Source: Clostridiales bacterium (lineage in GTDB: Bacteria > Bacillota > Clostridia > Christensenellales > UBA1242). Taken from it: 64,000 bases of DNA. The translations under genes and the position numbers were made by a program. The notes under the pieces were generated by a model. The model had not been told where the DNA came from and searched no databases. It saw only the letters and a list, made by a program, of their open reading frames with translations. Shown here in pieces: positions 29,207-38,626 of the stretch. Position 1 is the stretch's first letter; every line of letters starts with the position of its first letter. The stretch is from assembly GCA_015055605.1 (NCBI GenBank), contig SVHV01000002.1:24049-88048 (forward strand). Direction: 5' to 3'.

Positions 29207-30772
29207 TCAAAGCATAGGTGCAAATATTCTGACAATTGCTCTAAACAATCTATTAAATAAATTTGTTTTAAGCATTTTAGGTGTTATTTCTATTGATTTA
29301 TTAAGAGTGTTATCAATATCGTTTTTCAAATCTTTTATACAATCACAATTATATAACCATACACCGTTTTCAAAGTGATGAACCAAACTTCTGTAATCAA
29401 GGTTGATTGTTCCTATTATAGCATATTTATCATCTGAAATATATGTTTTTGCGTGAATAAATCCCGGTTCATATTCATATATCTTGACGTTTGCATCTAA
29501 AAATCTCTTATAAAAACTTTTAGTCATATTAAAGACAATTTTCTTGTCAGGAATATGTGGAACTATTATTCTAACATCAACTCCACGAAGTGCAGCATTT
29601 TCGATACTTACACAAAGTTCATTATCAATAATTAGATAAGGTGTTGTGATGTAAACATATTTTGTTGCTGTTGCTAATATATTTTGAATTATAGTTTTTC
29701 CAACTCGCCACTTATATAACGGCTTTGGACCATCACCAAAAGGCACAATATATCCATTTTCTTTTATATCAATATTTGGATATAGATTGTCAGGAAGATT
29801 TAAAGGGGTTTTAAGATTAATACCAAAGTCGATTAAAAATAACTTTGTAAGTTCTTTTACACCCTCGCCTTCAAGTCTAATTCCTACATCTTTCCAGTGT
29901 CCAAATCTTTCAAATTCATTTATATATTCATCTGCAATGTTTATTCCACCAGTATATCCAATAATGCCATCTATGACAGTTATTTTTCTATGGTTTCTAT
30001 TATTAAATTCGTTATCTGCTTGACCTTTCATTCTTGAAAAAGGTGTTGCTTCAATTCCAAATTCTTTAAGTTGTTTTGCATAATTGCCGGGTAGTGTTGA
30101 CATACAACCAATATCATCAAAAGCAACTTTTATATCTAAACCTTGTTTTGCTTTTTCTTTTAGAATTTCTAAAATTGAATTCCAAAATTTACCTTCTTCA
30201 ATAATAAAATATTCTAAATATATAAACTTACAAGCATTTCTTAAATCTTCAAGCAATGCTTTGTGATATTCTTCACCACTAGGATAGTATGTTGTTTTTG
30301 TATTTGTAAATAAATGGGTATCAGCAATATTTATAAGTGTTTTTGCTTGGGTTAAAGCAATAGGACTTTCTTTTTCTAATTGTTCTAATAATTCTGTATC
30401 TTCTTGTTTATAAGATAAACTTTTTAAACTTTCTAATCTTTTAACATATTTCTTCTTTAATTTTCTTGAACCAAAAATAAAATATAGCATAAGACCGGCA
30501 ATGGGAATTATTAAAACAAAAAGCATCCAAGGTATTTTGTAATCTAGATTATCATCAGAAGCTATTATTTTAAGCACAACTGCAAAGGTCGTGATTCCTA
30601 CTGCAATATAAAAATATGGCACAAAGATACATAAAGCCATCGTGATGCCTATTATAGCCAAAACTTCAAATAGTGTGATTGCAAAAGCAATTATGTATCT
30701 AACAGGTATGTAATTTATTTCTCTTTCCTGAATCCTTCCATTTCCAAGGTCAATTTTGATTTTTCTTTTCAT
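29207..30772 (-). CDS. cls: Cardiolipin synthase
   Basis: Two N-terminal TM helices and two PLD HKD motifs (HRKITVIDG, HAKTYISDD). Confidence 0.9.
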   Translation of the reverse strand: MKRKIKIDLGNGRIQEREINYIPVRYIIAFAITLFEVLAIIGITMALCIFVPYFYIAVGITTFAVVLKIIASDDNLDYKIPWMLFVLIIPIAGLMLYFIFGSRKLKKKYVKRLESLKSLSYKQEDTELLEQLEKESPIALTQAKTLINIADTHLFTNTKTTYYPSGEEYHKALLEDLRNACKFIYLEYFIIEEGKFWNSILEILKEKAKQGLDIKVAFDDIGCMSTLPGNYAKQLKEFGIEATPFSRMKGQADNEFNNRNHRKITVIDGIIGYTGGINIADEYINEFERFGHWKDVGIRLEGEGVKELTKLFLIDFGINLKTPLNLPDNLYPNIDIKENGYIVPFGDGPKPLYKWRVGKTIIQNILATATKYVYITTPYLIIDNELCVSIENAALRGVDVRIIVPHIPDKKIVFNMTKSFYKRFLDANVKIYEYEPGFIHAKTYISDDKYAIIGTINLDYRSLVHHFENGVWLYNCDCIKDLKNDIDNTLNKSIEITPKMLKTNLFNRLFRAIVRIFAPML

Positions 30773-30794
30773 TATTTTTTCCTAAATACAACTC

Positions 30795-30821
30795 AAGCGA
30801 AGCAAGTTTTTTGCTTCGCTT
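30795..30821. other. 11-bp perfect intercistronic hairpin between the ABC permease and cls
   Basis: AAGCGAAGCAA-GTTTT-TTGCTTCGCTT. There is no U-tract on the coding (minus) strand, so I do not call it a terminator. Confidence 0.5.
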
Positions 30822-30826
30822 AAATT

Positions 30827-31630
30827 TTATACTAAACTAGATTTTTCAAGAATTGCTTTACTACCAAAGCCAATTCCAATACTAAATAAAGCAGAACCCA
30901 CTAAACAAAGTATTACATTAACTATTGTGCTGTTAAGTGGTGTGATAATTGGTATCATCATAAACATAAGCATTCCAATAGCAAAAGCCATAATTAGTGA
31001 TAGCCATAATTTTTGTTTTGCAAATACACTAGCTAAAACATAAATTGATGAGAAAATCCCAACCAATAATATTTTTGATAGCATACACATTACAACATTT
31101 AGAGCAGTTGCTCCTTCTAATGCAAATGGTAGTCCAGCTATAGCGCCACCAATCATAGAACCTATAAAGAATGCTACTATCATACTAGCACCTGCAATAA
31201 AGCATACTACTGATTTAGATATAACATAATCACTCTTCTTACTTCTTACTGTAAATAAATTTTTTGCATAACCACTACTAAAATCAGCGCCAACAAATAA
31301 GCAAACAAATATTGAGATTATAAAGAACATCATATTTATATTACACATACTGGTAATATCCATACTCATTGTTTGTTCGCCTCCACTTACAGCTCCAATG
31401 ATTTGCCAAACATTTTTAAATCCTTCCATCACAGTCTCTGCACCTGTCTGTGGATTGACTGAAACTGTTACGTCCATCATTGTTGTCATAACCAAAATTA
31501 AGATTGGCATAACAAGCGAAGCACCTATCATAATGTAAAAGAGTGAAGATGTAAACATTCTTCTAAAATCTACACCAAGCATACTTGTCAATCTTTTTTT
31601 GAATGAGTTGTTTTCAAATGTTACAGACAT
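30827..31630 (-). CDS. ABC-2-type permease (copy 2)
   Basis: Six TM helices, and a paralogue of 32550-33371 (FKKRLTSMLGVDFRRMF versus FGKRIKGMLSVDFYRLF). The start is ATG 31630 after GGAGGG. The longer N-terminus in the ORF track is really the tail of the upstream ATPase read in another frame. Confidence 0.8.
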   Translation of the reverse strand: MSVTFENNSFKKRLTSMLGVDFRRMFTSSLFYIMIGASLVMPILILVMTTMMDVTVSVNPQTGAETVMEGFKNVWQIIGAVSGGEQTMSMDITSMCNINMMFFIISIFVCLFVGADFSSGYAKNLFTVRSKKSDYVISKSVVCFIAGASMIVAFFIGSMIGGAIAGLPFALEGATALNVVMCMLSKILLVGIFSSIYVLASVFAKQKLWLSLIMAFAIGMLMFMMIPIITPLNSTIVNVILCLVGSALFSIGIGFGSKAILEKSSLV

Positions 31631-31631
31631 A

Positions 31632-31826
31632 TTATCTTCCCTCCTTGTTTGCCATAAGGTTAATATAATATTCTTCAAGACCGATTTTGTCTGTTTTAAG
31701 TTCATTAACAATTATTTCATTATCATATAAGTATTTTACAACTTCTTCTGGGCTTTCGGCATCATAAACTCTTAAATTTTCTTTTTGTTCATCTTCTAAA
31801 ACTTTTGAATATTTTTTATTTAAGAT
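31632..31826 (-). other. Detached C-terminal domain of the ABC ATPase, in the same frame just after the premature TAA
   Basis: Hand translation gives ILNKKYSKVLEDEQKENLRVYDAESPEEVVKYLYDNEIIVNELKTDKIGLEEYYINLMANKEGR*. This aligns with the tail of the paralogue 33373-34275 (...LLKKKYKNVREEQEYVRVYDEEDVDGIVKYLLDNNIIPSEIKKNKVGLEEYYIELMSNQEVK*). Confidence 0.85.
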
Positions 31827-32537
31827 TTATTTTGCATTTTTCATATCTTTTGTTTGAATTGCTACGAATGTTGGGCAAGTGTTTTCAAGTTCTTCAGATG
31901 TCATTTCTACAATCATTTTTCCACCACGAATAATGCCATAGTGAGTAGCAATTTTTTCAAGTTCTCCAAGTATGTGAGAAGAAACAAGGATTGTTACACC
32001 TGAACTAGCAAGGTCAGTTAGTATTTCTCTCATAATTCTCATACCATCAGCATCAAGTCCATTTATTGGTTCATCTAATACCAAAAGTTTAGGATTTCCA
32101 AGTAGTGCCATAGCAATACCAATTCTTTGTTTCATACCAAGAGAACAATTCTTATATTTATTTCCGGCAGAACCTTCCATTCTAACCATAGTTAAAACTT
32201 TTCTTACAGCATCTTCTTTGTTTACTATACTTAAATTTGTTGCTTGTATCATTAAGTTATTCCAAACCGTTAAATTTGGAAAACAGCCCGGGGCTTCAAT
32301 TAAAACCCCCATACTTGCTCTAACATCAGAGTCGGTATAATCTCTATCATACAACTTTATACTTCCACTTGTAGGGTGAATAAGTCCACAAATAATTTTT
32401 TCAGTTGTAGATTTACCACTTCCGTTTTCTCCAATAAATCCATAAATTGAGCCCATAGGAACGGTCATATTTAGTCCTGCAAGTGCTTGTTTTTCACCAA
32501 AGTTTTTACATAAATTTCTAATTTCTATTGCATTCAT
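31827..32537 (-). CDS. ABC transporter ATP-binding protein (copy 2), truncated by an in-frame TAA
   Basis: Walker A GENGSGKST, signature LGMKQR, Walker B LLVLDEP and the H-loop SSHIL. It is 236 aa against 300 aa for the paralogue. Confidence 0.85.
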   Translation of the reverse strand: MNAIEIRNLCKNFGEKQALAGLNMTVPMGSIYGFIGENGSGKSTTEKIICGLIHPTSGSIKLYDRDYTDSDVRASMGVLIEAPGCFPNLTVWNNLMIQATNLSIVNKEDAVRKVLTMVRMEGSAGNKYKNCSLGMKQRIGIAMALLGNPKLLVLDEPINGLDADGMRIMREILTDLASSGVTILVSSHILGELEKIATHYGIIRGGKMIVEMTSEELENTCPTFVAIQTKDMKNAK

Positions 32538-32549
32538 AAACCATTCCTC

Positions 32550-33371
32550 CTAATACACATCACTCTTATTTAGAATATAAGTGCCAATTAAGTTATAAAT
32601 AACAGCCCAAGCAACAGAACAAATAAAACATATAATCACAGATAGGAAATTGCTAGATAAACAAGCAAAAACAGATGAGCCATACAAGAAAATATTAAGT
32701 ATAGCAGAATTGCCAAGTATTGCAGCTGCTCCTATAATTAAAATACCTGTTCCAAAAAAGAATGAAGAAGCGATTGAAATCCAAAAATATTTTCTAAAAA
32801 TAATGTTTAAGAAAACATAAAGACTAGCCCAACCTAAACTCATCAGTAATTTTCCAAGTAATGCACAAATAAGAGAACCAAAATTTACTGAAAAAGATAG
32901 TCCAACAAGTGCTCCTGCAAGTATTGTTCCTAATAAGTATGTAATACACATTGAGGCCATTGCAAAAGCACAAGTAAGAGATTTACTCATCATATAGTCT
33001 TGCTTTTTAGCGTGAGTTGTGAATAATTGCTTTACATAGCCACTTTTATAGTCGTGACCAATAAAGATAGAAACCATTATTCCACCAAATATAAACACCA
33101 TATTCATATTTGCGTATTGACCAATGTCTTTAACAACATAAAGTGGACTTTCTACTGCAATAGCTTGCCAAACATTAGTAAATAGTGCTCCAGTTTGACT
33201 TCCTTCCATTCCAGTAGTTCCGATAATCATTGCAGGAATAATAGCAGCTATTGCTAAAAATATGTAAAACAAATGAGTATGAAATAATCTATAAAAGTCA
33301 ACCGATAACATTCCTTTAATTCTTTTGCCAAAGCTAGGAGTATCAAATTTTAAATTGTTTGAATTTTGCAT
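32550..33371 (-). CDS. ABC-2-type permease (copy 1)
   Basis: Six TM helices. Its ATG lies 1 nt after the stop of the upstream ATPase. Confidence 0.8.
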   Translation of the reverse strand: MQNSNNLKFDTPSFGKRIKGMLSVDFYRLFHTHLFYIFLAIAAIIPAMIIGTTGMEGSQTGALFTNVWQAIAVESPLYVVKDIGQYANMNMVFIFGGIMVSIFIGHDYKSGYVKQLFTTHAKKQDYMMSKSLTCAFAMASMCITYLLGTILAGALVGLSFSVNFGSLICALLGKLLMSLGWASLYVFLNIIFRKYFWISIASSFFFGTGILIIGAAAILGNSAILNIFLYGSSVFACLSSNFLSVIICFICSVAWAVIYNLIGTYILNKSDVY

Positions 33372-33372
33372 A

Positions 33373-34275
33373 CTATTTTACCTCCTGGTTTGACATAAGT
33401 TCAATATAATATTCTTCAAGACCTACTTTATTTTTCTTAATTTCGCTTGGAATAATGTTGTTATCTAATAAATATTTCACAATTCCATCAACATCTTCTT
33501 CATCATAAACTCTAACATATTCTTGTTCTTCACGAACATTTTTATATTTCTTTTTAAGCAGTGTTATTGCCTTTGCTATTTCATCAACTTTAAAAGACAC
33601 AAAAACCCTTGCTCTTGATTCCATTTCTTTTGCAGTTAGTTCTTGTATCATTTTGCCTTGACGGATAATTCCGTAATGTGTAGCAATTTTTTCAAGTTCG
33701 CCAAGTATATGAGATGAAATTAAAACTGTGCAGTTATAATTTTGCGTAATATCTACTAAAATTTCCCTCATAATTCTCATACCGTCAGTATCTAACCCGT
33801 TTATTGGTTCGTCCAAAATTAGTAGTGCAGGACTTCCAAGAAGCGCCATAGCAATACCAACTCTTTGTTTCATACCAAGTGAACATTTTTTGAATTTAAG
33901 TTCTTTGTTTTGTTCCATTCTAACAATTTTTAGAACTCTATCAATTTCTTCATCAGCATTATCAAGTCCTAAATTTAAGCATTGCATTTTAAGGTTCATA
34001 TAAATACTAGAACCCGGAAAACAGCCAGCATTTTCTATAAGTGCTCCAACTCTTACACGAGTTCCAGCATCTGTGTAATCTTTGCCAAACAACTTAATTG
34101 TTCCACTATCTTTAACCAAATGTCCACAAATAAGTTTTTCGGTTGTAGATTTTCCACTTCCATTTTCACCAATAAAACCATAAATAGAACCAACAGGAAC
34201 TGTCATATTAAGTCCATTAAGTGCATACATACCACGAAATGACTTTTTTAATCCTTTTATTTCTATTGCATTCAT
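33373..34275 (-). CDS. ABC transporter ATP-binding protein (copy 1), full length with a C-terminal accessory domain
   Basis: Walker A GENGSGKST, LGMKQR, LLILDEP and SSHIL, followed by a tail of about 65 aa. Confidence 0.9.
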   Translation of the reverse strand: MNAIEIKGLKKSFRGMYALNGLNMTVPVGSIYGFIGENGSGKSTTEKLICGHLVKDSGTIKLFGKDYTDAGTRVRVGALIENAGCFPGSSIYMNLKMQCLNLGLDNADEEIDRVLKIVRMEQNKELKFKKCSLGMKQRVGIAMALLGSPALLILDEPINGLDTDGMRIMREILVDITQNYNCTVLISSHILGELEKIATHYGIIRQGKMIQELTAKEMESRARVFVSFKVDEIAKAITLLKKKYKNVREEQEYVRVYDEEDVDGIVKYLLDNNIIPSEIKKNKVGLEEYYIELMSNQEVK

Positions 34276-34290
34276 ATATGACTCCTAGAT

Positions 34291-34668
34291 TTATTTTTTC
34301 TTCTTTTCTACTTTTGCTGCCTCGTATCTTTCGTTTGCAAGTTTTATTCTTTCATTTGCTTCTTCAATTTGTTTCTTTTGTTCTTCACGAGTTTTAGCTG
34401 TTCTTTCAGCTGGGCTTATATGGGCATCGTCCCAAGATTGTTTTGCTTGAGCCTTTGCTCTTGCCAATGAATTAGTAAATCTATTTTCTTCAAAGTTAGC
34501 CTTTGCTTCTGCCTTTGCAGCTGCAAAATTTGCTTTGTCTACTTCGTGTTGTGCCTTTGCACTTTCGCCCATATCTTTAAACGCTTTCTTTAAACCTCTT
34601 CCAGCCTTTTTAAAGATGTTGTCTTTTTTTTCTACTTTTTCTTCCACTTCTACTTTTTCGTCTGCCAT
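34291..34668 (-). CDS. Lys/Ala/Glu-rich, probably helical, small protein; first gene of the ABC/cls operon
   Basis: 125 aa with an AAGGAGA RBS. No TM helix and a low-complexity charged sequence. Confidence 0.6.
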   Translation of the reverse strand: MADEKVEVEEKVEKKDNIFKKAGRGLKKAFKDMGESAKAQHEVDKANFAAAKAEAKANFEENRFTNSLARAKAQAKQSWDDAHISPAERTAKTREEQKKQIEEANERIKLANERYEAAKVEKKKK

Positions 34669-34866
34669 AAATTTATTCTCCTTTAATTTCTAAATTTTAG
34701 TCAGGCATTATTCCAACACTTGACTTCCTAATAAAATTATAGTAAATTGTTTTTGGATTTACAACGAATAAAAAAAATGTACACACCACAAAAAAAGACA
34801 CTTTGTTGGGATAATAAAATTAACACAACAAACCGTCAAAATTTGTTGAAATAATAAGGAGTATAT

Positions 34867-35409
34867 ATGAATATAAAAAACAATTTAAGGTATAAAGCGA
34901 GTAGTGAAAAAATTGAAACTGCTTTTTTAACTTTAATTTTAAATCACAAATACGAAGATATAACTACCAGTCAAATTTGTAAACAAGCCGGAGTTAATCG
35001 TAGCACTTTTTATTGTCACTATAATGATATAAACGATTTAATAATAAAAATTGAAGGTAAATTTGCAAAAGGTATGGCAAGTATATTTAACTATGGCGAA
35101 AGACAAACTCATGAAGCATTTGTTGAGATGTTTACTTTTGTTAGAGATAATAAGTATTTTTACAGAGCTTTTTTAAATATTCCTTATGCAACTCTTGCTG
35201 AAACCAACACAAAACTTGAAGTTCTCGAAAATATAGGTAAAAATAGCCAAATTGACAAATCAAAAACTATGGCAATTTATTATCGTGCAAGTTTCTTCGG
35301 TGCAGGAATTAAAGAGATGTGCAGATTATGGCTTGAAAATGATTGCAAAGAAACACCAGAACAAATGGCAAGTTTACTCATTGAAGAATATAAAAATAGA
35401 GAATGCTAA
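34867..35409 (+). CDS. TetR/AcrR-family transcriptional regulator
   Basis: N-terminal HTH ITTSQICKQAGVNRSTFYCHYNDINDL. Transcribed divergently from the ABC operon. Confidence 0.85.
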   Translation: MNIKNNLRYKASSEKIETAFLTLILNHKYEDITTSQICKQAGVNRSTFYCHYNDINDLIIKIEGKFAKGMASIFNYGERQTHEAFVEMFTFVRDNKYFYRAFLNIPYATLAETNTKLEVLENIGKNSQIDKSKTMAIYYRASFFGAGIKEMCRLWLENDCKETPEQMASLLIEEYKNREC

Positions 35410-35505
35410 AATTTCGTTTGGCACTAAGACTTGTGCTTGTCTTGATACAAGTGCTCTCGCTTTGCTCGAGCAGACAAGCACACTCTACAACTAAATAAAT
35501 GAAAT

Positions 35506-35550
35506 CAAAAAGCGAAAGTGTTGGTAAATGTAACACACTTTCGCTTTTTG
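35506..35550. terminator. Bidirectional terminator
   Basis: AGCGAAAGTGT, a 13-nt loop, then ACACTTTCGCT, flanked by AAAA and TTTTT. Confidence 0.6.
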
Positions 35551-35566
35551 TTATTCTTTTATTTTT

Positions 35567-36031
35567 TTAAATTCCCCAGAATTTTCTAGAGCAATTAACC
35601 TGCCCACTAAATACCACACCGTTTGCCCAAGGTATGTATTTATCCAAATCATCTAGTTTGACAAACTTCCTGTCTGATGTTTCCCATTTTTGCTCAAACT
35701 CTAGCACATCTTTTAATCTAGCAGTATAACGAAGTTGATAGTAAATATCGCTATCATTCTCCACAACCTCAACAGCACCTATATAGTGCATATCCCTTAT
35801 TGTCACACAAGCCTCTTCCATAACCTCTCTTTCTAGAGTTTCAGTAAAACTTTCACCCTCTTCTGGGTGACCTCCAGGAACTGTCCACTTGTCACCGATT
35901 TTCACTATTAGTAATTCATTATTTTCATTAAAAATATAGCCAGTCACCTGAGTATATTTTTCTCCAGATAATTCAAACCCCTCACACCATGCAATCTTGC
36001 AGGTTTTAGATAACTTTTCGTACTCTTTCAT
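35567..36031 (-). CDS. NUDIX hydrolase
   Basis: Nudix box GGHPEEGESFTETLEREVMEEACV. ATG 36031 follows AGAGG. Confidence 0.85.
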   Translation of the reverse strand: MKEYEKLSKTCKIAWCEGFELSGEKYTQVTGYIFNENNELLIVKIGDKWTVPGGHPEEGESFTETLEREVMEEACVTIRDMHYIGAVEVVENDSDIYYQLRYTARLKDVLEFEQKWETSDRKFVKLDDLDKYIPWANGVVFSGQVNCSRKFWGI

Positions 36032-36167
36032 AAGCACCTCTCTACCATTATATTACCACACAAGACAAACTTCACAAAACAAACAACACTTTGTTTTTTT
36101 AATAAAACACATTACATTTGACATAGAACAACTAGAGTGATACTGTATTTATAATAGGAGAATATAT

Positions 36168-36638
36168 ATGAATATCGAATATGAATATAGTTTCAAGGTT
36201 AACTCTCTAGAGCCATTCTTTGAATATTGTAAGGATAATGGATTTACCCAAACAGATAGGTTTGAGCAAATCAGAACTATATACAAAAACACAAACAATA
36301 CTATTGCTAGAACTACTATAAAAAAGTATGAAAATACCCAAGAAAAATGGCTAGACTTTAAGCAAGACCACGAAGTAGGTGCTACGGTCCTAAAAGAACT
36401 AAGAGAAAGTTCACCGCTCCAATACTGGGACGAAACAGCAGTAGATTCTATTCTTGAATTTTTGGGCTATCAAAAACATATCACAACACTCAGAACTAGA
36501 ACCGTTTATGAAAAAGACGGTGTCATATTTGAGTTTGACGAGTTTACATCTCCAGAAGTAGCAAAAGTGGTATCAGTTGAGGGAGAAAAAGAACTTGTAG
36601 ACCGTTTATACAACGAAATCAAAGATATTGAGAATTAA
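36168..36638 (+). CDS. Possible CYTH-domain (CyaB/triphosphate tunnel) protein
   Basis: N-terminal IEYEYSFKV (compare the CYTH ExExK motif) and C-terminal VIFEFDEF...VVSVEGE (compare ...lD.v..lG.fvEiE). The match is weak and based on pattern only. Confidence 0.45.
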   Translation: MNIEYEYSFKVNSLEPFFEYCKDNGFTQTDRFEQIRTIYKNTNNTIARTTIKKYENTQEKWLDFKQDHEVGATVLKELRESSPLQYWDETAVDSILEFLGYQKHITTLRTRTVYEKDGVIFEFDEFTSPEVAKVVSVEGEKELVDRLYNEIKDIEN

Positions 36639-36712
36639 ACTCTTCCTTTGATTTACTTGCAACTAGAGTGGATTTTATTTTATATTATAATAAATAATGT
36701 ATGGAGGTTTCT

Positions 36713-37825
36713 ATGGCAAAAGTTAAACCTTATAAAATAATCTTAAGTGTAATTGCTGGTATTTTAGCACTAATTATCCTAGTGGCATCATCTTATCTAA
36801 TATATATTTGTGCACAATACTACAGAATAGAGGATAATCAAGACATACAAATCAAAAACAACCAAACAACTACCGTATCCTTAGAGGAAGAATATAGTAT
36901 CGCTACATATAATATAGGTTTCGGAGCATACACACACGACTTTTCCTTCTTTATGGATAGTGGCGAGAGAAAAAATGGCGAAAAAGTAACAGGTAAAGAT
37001 AGTGTTGCCAAAGACAAAGCAACTGTCGAGACTAATACCACAGGCTCTATTAATACCATCAAAGAAAAGAATGTGGACTTTGCACTTTTTCAAGAGGTGG
37101 ACATAGAGGCTACTAGAAGTCACAAATATAACCAACTAGAGCATATCGAGAGAGAATTTCCAAACCTATCTTCTTCCACCTCTCTAAACTTCCACTCAGC
37201 ATTCCTCTTTTATCCGATATTTGAACCTCACGGCAAAACCACTGCAGGAATAGTAACACTAAGCAAATACAACATCTCAAAGGCAACCAGACGCTCGCTA
37301 CCTATTGACGAGAGTTTTCCAACTAAATTCTTTGACCTAGATAGATGCATACAAGTCACAAGATTACCTATCAGTTCCTGTGAAAAAGAGTTGGTTATAA
37401 TCAATGCTCACCTTAGCGCTTATGACGAGGGCGGAATTATCAGAAAACAACAATTAGAGTTCCTAAACAATATCCTTGCAGAGGAATATTCTGCGGGTAA
37501 TTATGTAGTTGTTGGTGGGGACTTTAATCACGATATTGCAAATAGTAGCGATATTTGGGAGAGCGACTTCAAAAAACCCGAGTGGGTATATTCTCTAGAC
37601 AATAGCAATCTCACTACTGGATATAGATTTGTTTCCTCTACTAACGCACCAACCTGTAGAGCAACAGATATAAATTATATAAAAGGTGAGACCTACACCG
37701 TTGTTATTGATGGCTTTATATGTTCAGACAATGTAGAAACAGTATCTATCGAAAATATCGACACAGACTTTATGTACTCTGACCACAACCCATCTCTACT
37801 AAAATTTAAACTAAAAACAATCTAA
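36713..37825 (+). CDS. Membrane-anchored endonuclease/exonuclease/phosphatase (EEP) family protein
   Basis: An N-terminal TM helix, then the EEP motifs ATYNIG, LFQEVD, GGDFNHD and SDHNP. ATG 36713 follows GGAGG. Confidence 0.8.
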   Translation: MAKVKPYKIILSVIAGILALIILVASSYLIYICAQYYRIEDNQDIQIKNNQTTTVSLEEEYSIATYNIGFGAYTHDFSFFMDSGERKNGEKVTGKDSVAKDKATVETNTTGSINTIKEKNVDFALFQEVDIEATRSHKYNQLEHIEREFPNLSSSTSLNFHSAFLFYPIFEPHGKTTAGIVTLSKYNISKATRRSLPIDESFPTKFFDLDRCIQVTRLPISSCEKELVIINAHLSAYDEGGIIRKQQLEFLNNILAEEYSAGNYVVVGGDFNHDIANSSDIWESDFKKPEWVYSLDNSNLTTGYRFVSSTNAPTCRATDINYIKGETYTVVIDGFICSDNVETVSIENIDTDFMYSDHNPSLLKFKLKTI

Positions 37826-37830
37826 AACAA

Positions 37831-37860
37831 AAAAGACTAAGCAATACTTAGTCTTTTTTA
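37831..37860 (+). terminator. Rho-independent terminator
   Basis: AAGACTAAG-CAATA-CTTAGTCTT followed by TTTTA. Confidence 0.65.
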
Positions 37861-38033
37861 GTGGACTACAGATTTTCGATTACAACAAATATATTGATTA
37901 ACCTATATATACTTATTACAGCAACTGCCCACATCCAACTCAATATCATCTTAAAACATTTAGGTTACATCTTGAAATGAGTATTTCAATATGTTATACT
38001 ACTTGCAGTTTAAACGGGAAGGGGTAAAATATT

Positions 38034-38579
38034 ATGGCAAAAAGAGAAGTTCAAGACTATCTTACAAAGGTAGAAAGAAATAGAGAAAGAGCAGACAGTG
38101 CAGAACTTGCTGCTAAACTATTCACAGGCATTACTGCCGGTGTAACAATGTTTGCCGGTCTTATGGGGGCTACAGGTGAAGTTTCTGCAGAAATAGGCTA
38201 CAATTTCTTAAAAGAAGATGTCGTTATCAATAGCAGTTTTGATGCAGAAGTTGTTGCTAAAAGAAATGCGCTAGTAGACCAACTAACAGCAGGAACTATT
38301 AGCATGGACGAATACAATGCAGGTATGGATAGTTTATATTCTAGAGACGCAGTAGTGGACTTTGCAAAAAGGTCTGGAGATAAAAGACTTGAAAATTTGG
38401 CTAGTTCCTATGAATCTACAAAAGATATGGGAGACACAGTAACAAAAGAAGGTATACCAACAATGCTTGCTTTCACAGGCGCTGGTGCTGCTGCGTGGAC
38501 TGTATCTGAAATAATCAAGAGAAAATACGATAGAAAAATAAGAGAGTACAAGGCTCAACAAGAAAAAGAGTGTATGTAA
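38034..38579 (+). CDS. Hypothetical protein with two hydrophobic Gly/Ala-rich segments
   Basis: 181-aa ORF with a GGAAGGGG RBS. No family recognised. Confidence 0.55.
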   Translation: MAKREVQDYLTKVERNRERADSAELAAKLFTGITAGVTMFAGLMGATGEVSAEIGYNFLKEDVVINSSFDAEVVAKRNALVDQLTAGTISMDEYNAGMDSLYSRDAVVDFAKRSGDKRLENLASSYESTKDMGDTVTKEGIPTMLAFTGAGAAAWTVSEIIKRKYDRKIREYKAQQEKECM

Positions 38580-38581
38580 AG

Positions 38582-38614
38582 AAAAACGACTAGTTGAATC
38601 TAGTCGTTTTTTAT
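38582..38614. terminator. Bidirectional terminator
   Basis: ACGACTAG-TTGAAT-CTAGTCGT, flanked by AAAA and TTTTTT. Confidence 0.6.
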
Positions 38615-38626
38615 TTTTCACACATA

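Noticed and set aside
31827-31829. TAA reassignment or programmed readthrough as the explanation for the split ABC ATPase
   Set aside because: TAA terminates many well-delimited neighbouring genes, including the tail ORF itself, so a simple nonsense mutation or base-call error is more parsimonious. Readthrough is kept only as a minor possibility in the finding.
35252-35494. 80-aa plus-strand ORF overlapping the 3' end of tetR
   Set aside because: It is out of frame with a well-supported TetR CDS and extends through the inverted-repeat region. It has no RBS.
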